Positions 56,321 to 64,000 of a DNA stretch of 64,000 bases are shown one piece after another (position 1 is the stretch's first letter; each line of letters begins with the position of its first letter). The stretch spans positions 64,001-128,000 of the forward strand of contig CAVYGB010000009.1 in NCBI GenBank assembly GCA_963767925.1, in the 5' to 3' direction. Source of the stretch: an uncultured delta proteobacterium (GTDB lineage: Bacteria > Myxococcota_A > Polyangia > Fen-1088). The notes under the pieces were generated by a model. It saw only the letters and a program-made list of their open reading frames with translations, was not told the DNA's origin and did not search any database. The translations under genes were made by a program, and so were the position numbers.

Positions 56321-56461
56321 GTCGCCCGGCGCGCGTCAGCGCCGACCCCGGGGCCGGGCGCGGCGTGCGGGCTGCAAAAGGTCACTTTTCTGGGACCCTT
56401 TTCGTCAGCTCGGCGCCCGGTGTCTGGCGACCGCCCACAGGGGGGCAGGCGGTCGCCCCTC

Positions 56462-56887
56462 TCACGGGGTGTCCCACTTCTGGAAGGCGATGGGCGCCTG
56501 CGCGAAGTCGCACATCTCGTCGGGCTGGTTGTCTCCGCTCATGGTGAGGGTGCCGTTGATGGTGATGCCGCTGAGCTGGCCGATGACGTCGACCACCGTG
56601 AGGCTCGAGCGCCGGCCGGTGCCGTGGGCCGCCAGCGTGACCAGGCCGTCCACCACCGTCCCCGCCAGGGGCCCGTTCTCGAGACAGGCGAGCCGGCCGC
56701 TGCTCAGCGCGCCCTGCAGGTGGGTGGTGCCGCCCTCGACAACCTGGCTGCTGACCTGCAAGGAGAGGGCGATGCCGGCGGTCTCGCCCCGCCAGGTCCC
56801 CACGAAAAATCCGGGCTCGTCGCCGCCGCCGCAGGCGACGAGCAGCAAACCGGGGACCGCGGCCAGAAGTATCGCGCTTCGTCTCAT
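56462..56887 (-). CDS. Small hypothetical lipoprotein
   Basis: RBS GGAGG; LLVAC lipobox; GTWRG beta-rich body. Confidence 0.75.
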   Translation of the reverse strand: MRRSAILLAAVPGLLLVACGGGDEPGFFVGTWRGETAGIALSLQVSSQVVEGGTTHLQGALSSGRLACLENGPLAGTVVDGLVTLAAHGTGRRSSLTVVDVIGQLSGITINGTLTMSGDNQPDEMCDFAQAPIAFQKWDTP

Positions 56888-56954
56888 GGTGAACCTCCGG
56901 GGGGCCTTCGTGCCTCTGCGACAGCTCCCGGCTGTCTACCTGACTCTGTCTACC

Positions 56955-58034
56955 TCAATTGGCGGTGATGGTGAAGTCGGCGCTCGACCCCAGGAAGGCC
57001 CCGTAGCGCGCCACCGCCGCGGCGATCGCCGGGCGCAGGTGGGCTCCGGCGGGCGCAAACAGGCGCACCGTCACCGCCACCGAGGTGCGGCCCAGGGCGC
57101 GGCGCCAGGTGCCGATGACCCGCCCGTCCTGCACCACCGTGGGGGCGATCATGCCGCCGCCGGCGTTGAGGCGCTTGCTGTATTCGGGGTCGAGGACGTC
57201 GCCGCGGGTCCGGTAAGCGATCAGGTATTCGTCGAAGGCGGGCAGCAGATGCAGGCCGGGGGCCGGGCGGGTGGCGGCGGCCTCGCGCGCGTGCCAGTAG
57301 GTGCGGCCCGCCACGACCCGGCTGGTCAGGGAGCGCTCGATGGCGGCGTGGGCGGCGCGGGCGGGGGCGGCCGGCAGCCCCGACCACCAGCGGAAGTCGT
57401 CGAGGGTGGCGGGCCCCCGGCTGCGGAAGTAACGCCGGGCCAGCTCGGCCCGGGCCTCGTCCCCGGCGAAGGTGGCGCCGCGGCCGGGCGCCCGCTGCTC
57501 GAGCAGGGCGTAGGTGGCCTGCTTGCCCCGGGGGATGCCGCCGCAGATCAACCCGGCCAGCTCGGCGTGGCCCAGCAGGTGGGCCAGCCGCTGGCCGGTG
57601 GGCGCGATCCCGCCGCGGGTCAGGGCGGCGCCCAGCTCGGCGCGCGTGAGGTGGGCGCCGTCGGACAGGGCCCGGGTCAGCGTTGCCCGCCCCTTGCGCA
57701 AGGTGGTCCGGTCCAGGCCGAGCTGGGCGTAACGGCCGCCGAAGCTGGCGTCGAGGCCGGGGCCCACCAGCGCGAGGATCCAGCGGACGTCGGCGGCCGC
57801 CACGAGCTGCCAGGTCCCGCGCAGAGCGTGCAGCCGCACGATCTCCCCCTCGGCCAGGCTGCGCGCGATGTCGGCGTCCCGCAGGGGGCGGCCAGCCAGG
57901 CGGAGGGCCACCGCCCAGAGGCAGGCGGCGGGGTCCTGGGCCTGCACCGCCCCCAGCCAGCTCACCAGGTCGGCGGGGCGGCGGAAGCGGTGGGCGGCGA
58001 TCTGCTGGGCGCGCAGCCGCCCGGCGGCGATCAC
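56955..58034 (-). CDS. HTH_42 / AlkZ-like DNA glycosylase family protein
   Basis: GAVQAQD (QxQ), LRGTWQLV, RYF.S.GPAT..DF.WWSGL, LLPAFDEYL.AY, G.V.GTW; GTGA overlap with the upstream gene. Confidence 0.88.
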   Translation of the reverse strand: MIAAGRLRAQQIAAHRFRRPADLVSWLGAVQAQDPAACLWAVALRLAGRPLRDADIARSLAEGEIVRLHALRGTWQLVAAADVRWILALVGPGLDASFGGRYAQLGLDRTTLRKGRATLTRALSDGAHLTRAELGAALTRGGIAPTGQRLAHLLGHAELAGLICGGIPRGKQATYALLEQRAPGRGATFAGDEARAELARRYFRSRGPATLDDFRWWSGLPAAPARAAHAAIERSLTSRVVAGRTYWHAREAAATRPAPGLHLLPAFDEYLIAYRTRGDVLDPEYSKRLNAGGGMIAPTVVQDGRVIGTWRRALGRTSVAVTVRLFAPAGAHLRPAIAAAVARYGAFLGSSADFTITAN

Positions 58035-60718
58035 GCCGGCGTCACCGTGCCGGCCGAGCCGTCGACGGTGATGGCCTGCCCGGTGCGCAGGTGGCTGGTG
58101 GCGTCCGGCACGCCGACCACCGCGGGGATGCCGTATTCCCGGGCCACCACCGCGCCGTGCGAGTTGGCGCCCCCCATCTCCATGACCAGCCCCCCGGCGG
58201 TGAGGAACAGGGGCGTCCAGCCCGGATCGGTCGAGGGGGCCACCAGGATCTCGCCCGGCTCGAGGCGGGCGCCCACCGGGTCGAGCACGACGCGCGCGCC
58301 GGCGGTGACGCTGCCCGCAGAGGCGGCCGTCCCCACCAGCACGCCCTCCGCGGTCGCCCCCCGCACCAGCGACAGCGCCTCCGGCTCGGTGCCGTCGGAG
58401 AGCAAGACCCGGGGCACGTGGCGGCGGCGCAGCTCCTGATGGTAGGCCTGGCGGCGGGCGCTGACCCGGGCCCGCAGGTCCTCGCCCGCCAGGCCGTCGC
58501 GGGCCTCCTGCAGATCGAGGAAGAAGACGTCGCCGGGCGCGGCGAGGCGGCCGTCGGCGGCGAGGGTGGCGCCGACCGCGGCCAGGTGCTGGCGGACCGC
58601 GGAGAGCGCGACAACCATGAGGTACTTCGGCAGCTCGCGCAGCCCGCCCAGGCGGCGGGCCCGATCGAGGGCCAGGCCCACCACGGCGCCGCGCAGCCAG
58701 CCGCGGGCCCGGGCCCGGGCGGTGAGGCGGGCGAGCATCGCCTCTGCCTCGGCGGTGCCCCGGGCGAACTGGGCGTCGGGCGCGGCGGCGCTGTCCGCCT
58801 CGAGCCGCAGGTAGTTGGCGATCACGCCGAGGACGTGTTCGGGCTCTTCGGCCCAGCGGGGCAGGCCCACGTCGATCTCGGCCACCGCCCGGTGGCCCCA
58901 CTGCGCGAGGAAGACCGCCACCGCCGTCTGCACCGGGGGCGGCAAGGCCCCCGCCCGGTAGCGCCGGGCCAGCTCCGTGGCCGGCAGATCCCGGAACAGC
59001 TCCGCCCCGTCGCTGCGGATGCGGGTCGAGAGGTCCCACAGCGCCAGGTCCATCTCGGTGGTGATGTTGTTGGGCAGCCCACGCAGGACGACCTGGAGCT
59101 CGCCCGGCTCGAGGTCGGCCGCCAGCAGCTTGCGGGCCAGGGCCAGCAGGGCGAAGCCGGCGCCGCCCAGGGGCGCGATGGTCGGCAGCAGCGGGATCAC
59201 GTCCTCGTGCAACACCCGCTGGACGTGGTCGAGCCGCTCGCCGTCGCTGGCCGTCCCGGGCAGGGCCAGGCGGGCGCGCAGCCGATCGCCGAGGGCGGCC
59301 ATCCGGCGCAGGGCCGCCGCCGGGCGGAAGATCGCCCCCAGGAACCGCAGGGGCAGCCGGAACTTCGCGGCGATGGCCAGGGCCCGCCGGATCACCGGCC
59401 AGCGGCCGTGGATCAGGGAGAGGCGGGGATCGCCCATCAGGTTGGTGAACACCACCGCCGAGCGGGCCTCCATCACGCCGAGCACGCGGGGCGCGAGGTT
59501 GCGGCCGATGGGGCTGCGCAGCGCCGGCGTCATGTCGATGAACACGCGCTGGCCCACCTCGCGGTAGTGGGAGGGGCCGGCCAGCGGCTCGGCCACCGTG
59601 TAGCCGAACAGCCGCCCCACCGCGGAGGCGAGCAGCCGGAACGCCGCCAGGCCCATCGGCGTGATGGGGCGGTTGAGCCCCTGGGCCACCGAGAAGCAGA
59701 AGTACACCCGCAGGTCGCCGTCGGAGTTGGTCCCGGGCGGCTGCGGATACAGGGTGGTGATGGGCCGGGCCTGGGTGAGCCAGAGCTTGCCCGCGCCGTC
59801 GATGGCCCATTCGATGTCCTGGGGGGCGTCGTAGTGGGCCTGCACCTCGTCGCCGAGGGCGGCCAGGGCCGCGACCTGCCGGTCGGTGAGGCAGGCCCGG
59901 TCGGCGCCCGGGGCGAGCTTCACGGGTTCGGTGCCGCCGCCGGCGGTGGCCCGGATGGCCAGGCGCTTGTCGCCGAGGCGCCGCTCGAGGATGGCGCCGC
60001 TGGCGGTGTCGACCACGAAGTGGTCGGGGTTGACGGCGCCCGAGACCACCGCCTCGCCGAGGCCGGGGCTGGCGTCGATCACCGCCTGGTTCCGCTTGCC
60101 CGTCACCGGGTTGGCGGTGAACAGCACCCCCGCCACCTGGGCGTCGACCATCCGCTGCACCACCACCGACAGGTGGACCTGGCGGTTGTCGATGCCGTTG
60201 ACCGCGCGGTAGGCCACCGCCCGGTCGGTCCACAGCGAGGCCCAGCAGCGGCGGATGGCGTCGCGCACGGCGGCCACCCCGACGACGTTGAGGTAGGTGT
60301 CCTGCTGTCCGGCGAAGCTGGCCGAGGGGAGGTCCTCCGCGGTGGCCGAAGAGCGCACCGCCACCGGCAGGTCGGTGCCGAGCCGCGCATAGGCCTGGGC
60401 CACCGCCTCGTCGATCGCCGCCGGCACCGGCGCGCCCAGCATCCGCTCGCGGGCCTGTCCGGCCAGCGCGGCCAGGGCCGGCAGCTCCCCCGCGCCGGTA
60501 CGGGCCAGCGTCGCCAGCACCTCCTCCAGTCCGGCGCCCGCCGCCACCGCGCGGTAGGCCTCTGTGGTGAGGCAGAAGCCGGGCGGCACCGGCAGCCCGG
60601 CCCGGGTCAGCTCGCCGAGGTTCGCCCCCTTGCCTCCGACGAGGGCGAGCGAGCCGGAGCCCACCTGGGCAAAGTCCGCGACGAGTGGCGCGCGCCCGGC
60701 GGCGTGGCTGGTAGACAT
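58031..60718 (-). CDS. PEP/pyruvate-binding domain phosphotransferase with rifamycin phosphotransferase (Rph)-like architecture
   Basis: VGGKGANLGEL, VAVRSSATAED...SFAGQQDT, DIEWA, QARPIT (ATP-grasp); central domain with GHR...EID; C-terminal TDPGWTPLF...SHGAVVAREYGIPAVVG phospho-His domain. Confidence 0.88.
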   Translation of the reverse strand: MSTSHAAGRAPLVADFAQVGSGSLALVGGKGANLGELTRAGLPVPPGFCLTTEAYRAVAAGAGLEEVLATLARTGAGELPALAALAGQARERMLGAPVPAAIDEAVAQAYARLGTDLPVAVRSSATAEDLPSASFAGQQDTYLNVVGVAAVRDAIRRCWASLWTDRAVAYRAVNGIDNRQVHLSVVVQRMVDAQVAGVLFTANPVTGKRNQAVIDASPGLGEAVVSGAVNPDHFVVDTASGAILERRLGDKRLAIRATAGGGTEPVKLAPGADRACLTDRQVAALAALGDEVQAHYDAPQDIEWAIDGAGKLWLTQARPITTLYPQPPGTNSDGDLRVYFCFSVAQGLNRPITPMGLAAFRLLASAVGRLFGYTVAEPLAGPSHYREVGQRVFIDMTPALRSPIGRNLAPRVLGVMEARSAVVFTNLMGDPRLSLIHGRWPVIRRALAIAAKFRLPLRFLGAIFRPAAALRRMAALGDRLRARLALPGTASDGERLDHVQRVLHEDVIPLLPTIAPLGGAGFALLALARKLLAADLEPGELQVVLRGLPNNITTEMDLALWDLSTRIRSDGAELFRDLPATELARRYRAGALPPPVQTAVAVFLAQWGHRAVAEIDVGLPRWAEEPEHVLGVIANYLRLEADSAAAPDAQFARGTAEAEAMLARLTARARARGWLRGAVVGLALDRARRLGGLRELPKYLMVVALSAVRQHLAAVGATLAADGRLAAPGDVFFLDLQEARDGLAGEDLRARVSARRQAYHQELRRRHVPRVLLSDGTEPEALSLVRGATAEGVLVGTAASAGSVTAGARVVLDPVGARLEPGEILVAPSTDPGWTPLFLTAGGLVMEMGGANSHGAVVAREYGIPAVVGVPDATSHLRTGQAITVDGSAGTVTPA

Positions 60719-61104
60719 CCGGCGGATACTAGCGCACAGCCCGGTCGGCCGGTCACCGGGTGGGGGCTGCGCGCCGCCGGTCCGCTCCGCAGCCAATCGA
60801 GTTTTGTACCGGATCGATGCCGGTGGCGGGCGCGGGGGCGGTTCGCGCATTGACATGAAAATACCGATCAGCCAACAATCGTGCAGCGTCGATCGGGGAA
60901 CGGAGCGCGCGGGGGGTTCACGCTCCGGAGATCCTCTGACGAGCTCTCTGGTGAGAGCTTCCGGTGACGGCTCTGGTACGACGTCTGCGCGAGTCGATGG
61001 GCGGTGTTCGTGGGTTCCGGCCGAGGGGGGGGTGAGGTCATGCCCGATGCAAGCGAGGCTTCTTTCGTGAGACCAGCAACGCAGGCGGCGGCAGGTGCTG
61101 GCGG

Positions 61105-62520
61105 ATGGCCGGGATGAGCAGCGCGAGCATCCTGATCGTCGCCGCCAGCGCCCTCACCCGCAAGACGTTCCGGGCGGTGATCGAGGAGGAGGGGTTCACC
61201 GCCCTGGAGGCCGAGTCGGGGGCGGGCGCGCTGGACGCCCTGCGCTCTCGCGGCGCCCAGCTCGTCCTCGTCGACACGAAGTTGCCCGACATGAGCGGTT
61301 TCGACCTGGCGCGCAGGCTGCGCAGCCTGCCCGGGGGCACGGAGACGCCGGTGGTGGCGCTGTCCGGGTTCCTCTATCTGCTGGAGAACACGCGCCCGCC
61401 GCCCGAGACCTTCGACGCCTTTCTGTTCAAGCCGGTCGAGCCCGACCGGCTGGTGGAGACCATCCGGGCCTTCCTGCCGGGGGGGCGCTCCGGCGACGAG
61501 GGGGCGAGCCGCCGCCGGGCCGGCCACATCCTCATCGTCGACGACGATCCCGTCCAGGTCGAGATCGCCCAGCTCCAGCTCTCGACCCGCTTCGCGCGGG
61601 TCACCTCCGCCCGGGGAGGCGCGGCGGCGCTGGCCCAGGCCCGCCGCACCCGACCGGACCTCATCCTCAGCGACATCTTGATGCCCGGGATGGACGGGTT
61701 CGAGCTGTGCATGGCCATCCGCCAGGATCCCCTCCTGACCGACATCCCCATCGTGCTCGTGTCGGCCCACTACGACGACCCCACCGACGCCAAGCTGGCC
61801 CTGCGCGTGGGGGCCAACGCCCTGGCCTCGCGGCGAGGGACCTTCTCCGAGGTGCTCACGACCATCGTCGAGGTGCTCGAGCAGAGCGAGCTGGCCCGTT
61901 ACCACGTCAGCCGGCCCCGCTTGCAGCTCGAGCGGCGGCTGTCGCTCGACGTCGGGGAGGCGCAGCGGGTGGCCCTGCAGAGCGCCGAGCTGCTGCTCCT
62001 CAGCCGGGTGGTCAGCGCGCTCACCCAGTGCGGCGACGTGAACACCGAGATCGGCGAGGTGCTCGCCGTCTGCCTCGACGCCGCCGGGATCGACCGGGGG
62101 GTGCTCTACCGGACCGGCGATCCGAAGGGCTTCTGCGTCTCGCACGTCGTCGGCTTCGGCCCCGAGCTCGGCCGGGAGGTGGCCGACGTCTTCGGCCACC
62201 CCGACCTGCTCGACCGGGCGGTGGCCGAATCGGCGCCCCTGTCGGTGACGGCGCCGGGCCTGCCGTCCGCCGAGGTGGCGACCTTCCTGGCGCGCGCCGA
62301 GCTGACCTCCGCGCTCTTCGTGCCCCTGGTGGGGGGAGGGCGCCGCCTGGGCGCGCTGCTGCTGGGCTCGAGCGTCCCGACGCCTGGCGACGTGCAGCTC
62401 CCCTTCTGCCGCTCGCTGGCGGCGCACATCGGCCAGGCCCTCGCGCTGTCGGATGTCTTCGCGCGCGAGCAGATCCGCCACGCCGCCCCCGAGCCGCTGC
62501 AACCCACCACCCTGGAGTAA
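61105..62520 (+). CDS. Tandem REC-REC-GAF signalling protein with no output domain
   Basis: First REC atypical (ILIVAAS), second canonical (ILIVDDD, SDILMPGMDG); C-terminal GAF-like SALFVPL..GG..LG.L. Confidence 0.82.
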   Translation: MAGMSSASILIVAASALTRKTFRAVIEEEGFTALEAESGAGALDALRSRGAQLVLVDTKLPDMSGFDLARRLRSLPGGTETPVVALSGFLYLLENTRPPPETFDAFLFKPVEPDRLVETIRAFLPGGRSGDEGASRRRAGHILIVDDDPVQVEIAQLQLSTRFARVTSARGGAAALAQARRTRPDLILSDILMPGMDGFELCMAIRQDPLLTDIPIVLVSAHYDDPTDAKLALRVGANALASRRGTFSEVLTTIVEVLEQSELARYHVSRPRLQLERRLSLDVGEAQRVALQSAELLLLSRVVSALTQCGDVNTEIGEVLAVCLDAAGIDRGVLYRTGDPKGFCVSHVVGFGPELGREVADVFGHPDLLDRAVAESAPLSVTAPGLPSAEVATFLARAELTSALFVPLVGGGRRLGALLLGSSVPTPGDVQLPFCRSLAAHIGQALALSDVFAREQIRHAAPEPLQPTTLE

Positions 62521-62553
62521 TCGGGAGTAGGGCGAGGCGGCCGGGCGTCCGCC

Positions 62554-63414
62554 TCAGGCGGCGGCGCGGGCCAGGGGCTGCTCGGAGAGGGTGGCGGGGA
62601 CGCTGCGGGCCGCGCGGATCGCTTCGGTCATCTCGCGCCGGGCCTCGAGGCGGGCGGCCTCGAGCTCGAGCTCGAGGCCAAAGCCGGCGGCGAGGGTCTC
62701 GATGGGGCAGCGGGCGCGCGAGGTCTCGGTCTCTTCCGGGTAAAAGCGGCAGCTCACGCAGTCGACGAAGGCCGGGCCCCGGCCGTCGCGGGCGTAGGCC
62801 ACGGCCTCGTCGAGGGCGTTGCGGACCGTCAGCACGTTCATGCCGTCCACCGTGCGGGTGAAGATCGGGAAGGGCCGGGCCAGGCCGGCCAGGTCGTCGA
62901 CGGCGGCGGCGTCGGGCGCGTGGCGCGAGGCCGAGGGGTGGCTGTTGCCGACAACCACCAGGGGGAGCTTCCACTGGGCGGCGAGGGCCAGGGTCTCGTG
63001 GAGCTGGGCCGCGCTGCAGGCGCCGGCGCCGAGCATCCAGACCACGACCCCGTCGCGCCCGGCCTGCTGCTGGGCGAGGGCCGCGCCCACCGCCGCCGAG
63101 AGGTCGCCGGCTGCCACCGCGCGGGTGGCGGGGACCGCCTTGCGGGTCGGGGCGACCGGCTGGTCGAGGAGGTCGGCGATCACGTCGCGGGCGGCGGCGC
63201 CGCGGGCCAGGGCGGGCCCGAGCGAGCGGCCGCTGATGATGAGCTGGTCGCCCGGCTCGAGCACGGCGCAGGTCCCCACCGCGACCGCCTCGTCGCCGGA
63301 GGAGAGGTGCTGGAAGCCGGCGCCCGGCAGGGTGGGCAGGTGCTGCTTGAATGCCCGGATGCGGACCATGGCGCGGAGCATGTCGGCGGGCTTGCGGCTG
63401 GTTCTCGTGGTCAT
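62554..63414 (-). CDS. Degenerate TPP-dependent dehydrogenase E1 alpha-like protein
   Basis: M.RIRAF, G..HL..G.EA.AVG, LA.QWKLP.V.V, VDGMNV..V, ARDGRGP.FV, CPI; GDG motif changed to GAG. Confidence 0.75.
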   Translation of the reverse strand: MTTRTSRKPADMLRAMVRIRAFKQHLPTLPGAGFQHLSSGDEAVAVGTCAVLEPGDQLIISGRSLGPALARGAAARDVIADLLDQPVAPTRKAVPATRAVAAGDLSAAVGAALAQQQAGRDGVVVWMLGAGACSAAQLHETLALAAQWKLPLVVVGNSHPSASRHAPDAAAVDDLAGLARPFPIFTRTVDGMNVLTVRNALDEAVAYARDGRGPAFVDCVSCRFYPEETETSRARCPIETLAAGFGLELELEAARLEARREMTEAIRAARSVPATLSEQPLARAAA

Positions 63415-63427
63415 GCCCGGAGGACAT

Positions 63428-63443
63428 CGCACACGGCGTGCCA
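63428..63443 (-). promoter_or_regulatory. Sigma54 promoter for the E1-alpha-like gene
   Basis: TGGCACGCCGTGTGCG (GG-N10-GC) just upstream of ATG 63414. Confidence 0.6.
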
Positions 63444-63598
63444 GCTTGCTGGCCGGGACGAAGCGGCGGGATTCCCGGCCTGTCCCGGCGGGGGCCGGCC
63501 GGCAGGAGCGCCAGGCGGGCGTGATTCCCCGGTGCGCGCCCCGCGAGTCACGTGACTGGTGTCGGCCGGTGGTCGGGGCCCCGAGGGGGTTGTATATA

Positions 63599-64000
63599 GT
63601 GAGCCATCCGTCCGGGCGCCCTCGGCAGATCAGGCAGCAGGGCAATCGGCCAGCAGGGGGCCCCGATCAAAGACCGTTATCAAGACCTGGAGTTGCTGGG
63701 CGAAGGCGCCTTTGGCCGCACCTTCGCGGCCCGGGATGCCCAGACCGGGGCCGCGGTGGTGGTCAAGCAGATCGCCGTGCGCGGCCTGCCCGGGTGGAAG
63801 CCGTTCGAGTACTTCGAGCGCGAGGTGGCGGTCCTGCGTACGCTCGATCACCCCGGGGTCCCGCGCTTCGTCGACGCCTTCGAGTCCGAGCTCGAGGGGA
63901 CCGGGCCCACCCTCGTCCTCGTGATGGAGCGGATCGCGGGCGAGACCTTGCTGGCCCTGATCCAGCGGGGCCACCGCTGGCCCGAGCAGCAGGCCCGGAG
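63599..64000 (+). CDS. Ser/Thr protein kinase, partial (runs off the window end; start uncertain)
   Basis: From 63666: IKDRY..LELLGEGAFGRTF...VVVK...FEREVAVL..LDHPGVP...LVME.I.GETL. GTG 63599 is out of frame, so either a slip in the G5/C4 run near 63660 or a later start. Confidence 0.85.
   Translation, partial: MSHPSGRPRQIRQQGNRPAGGPDQRPLSRPGVAGRRRLWPHLRGPGCPDRGRGGGQADRRARPARVEAVRVLRARGGGPAYARSPRGPALRRRLRVRARGDRAHPRPRDGADRGRDLAGPDPAGPPLARAAGPE

Noticed and set aside
58035..60233. 1092-aa version of the AlkZ-like ORF
   Set aside because: The upstream part is an alternative frame of the rph-like gene; recognisable homology starts at about 58034.
58031..60718. PEP synthase (ppsA)
   Set aside because: The phospho-His domain is C-terminal and there is no PEP-binding TIM barrel.
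60719..60900. Rifamycin-associated element upstream of the rph-like gene
   Set aside because: No matching inverted repeat was seen, so the gene symbol rph was not assigned.

Overview
Very GC-rich bacterial chromosomal window, most likely Myxococcota (inferred from a MYXO-CTERM-tailed metalloprotease, an Oar-like TonB-dependent receptor, PEGA and Cys-rich lipoproteins, a Ser/Thr kinase and several sigma54 promoters). It holds about 50 real genes or gene remnants; most long ORFs in the supplied track are antisense or off-frame shadows. Main blocks: Oar-like TBDR; an orphan pelA-pelB-SH3 operon; TetR + alpha/beta hydrolase; a plant/fungal-type class III GH18 chitinase lipoprotein; a patchwork of decayed gene fragments (20.5-25.2 kb); Prc protease; an OmpA/DUF4398 + sigma54 signalling cassette; M16 protease, GH109 and a serine hydrolase; a four-helix-bundle gene with a long hexamer-repeat hairpin; a Fur-box-led HmuY/TBDR/HmuY/metalloprotease heme operon; a type IV pilin; an rph-like phosphotransferase coupled to an AlkZ-like glycosylase; and a degenerate E1-alpha. 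The best candidate for an undescribed system is 51121-55691: an HSP90/GHKL-type ATPase with an inserted TM-transglutaminase-TM module, followed by a degenerate GHKL partner. No rRNA, tRNA, CRISPR, integrase or transposase was recognised. All family calls come from motif recognition by eye, not from database searches.
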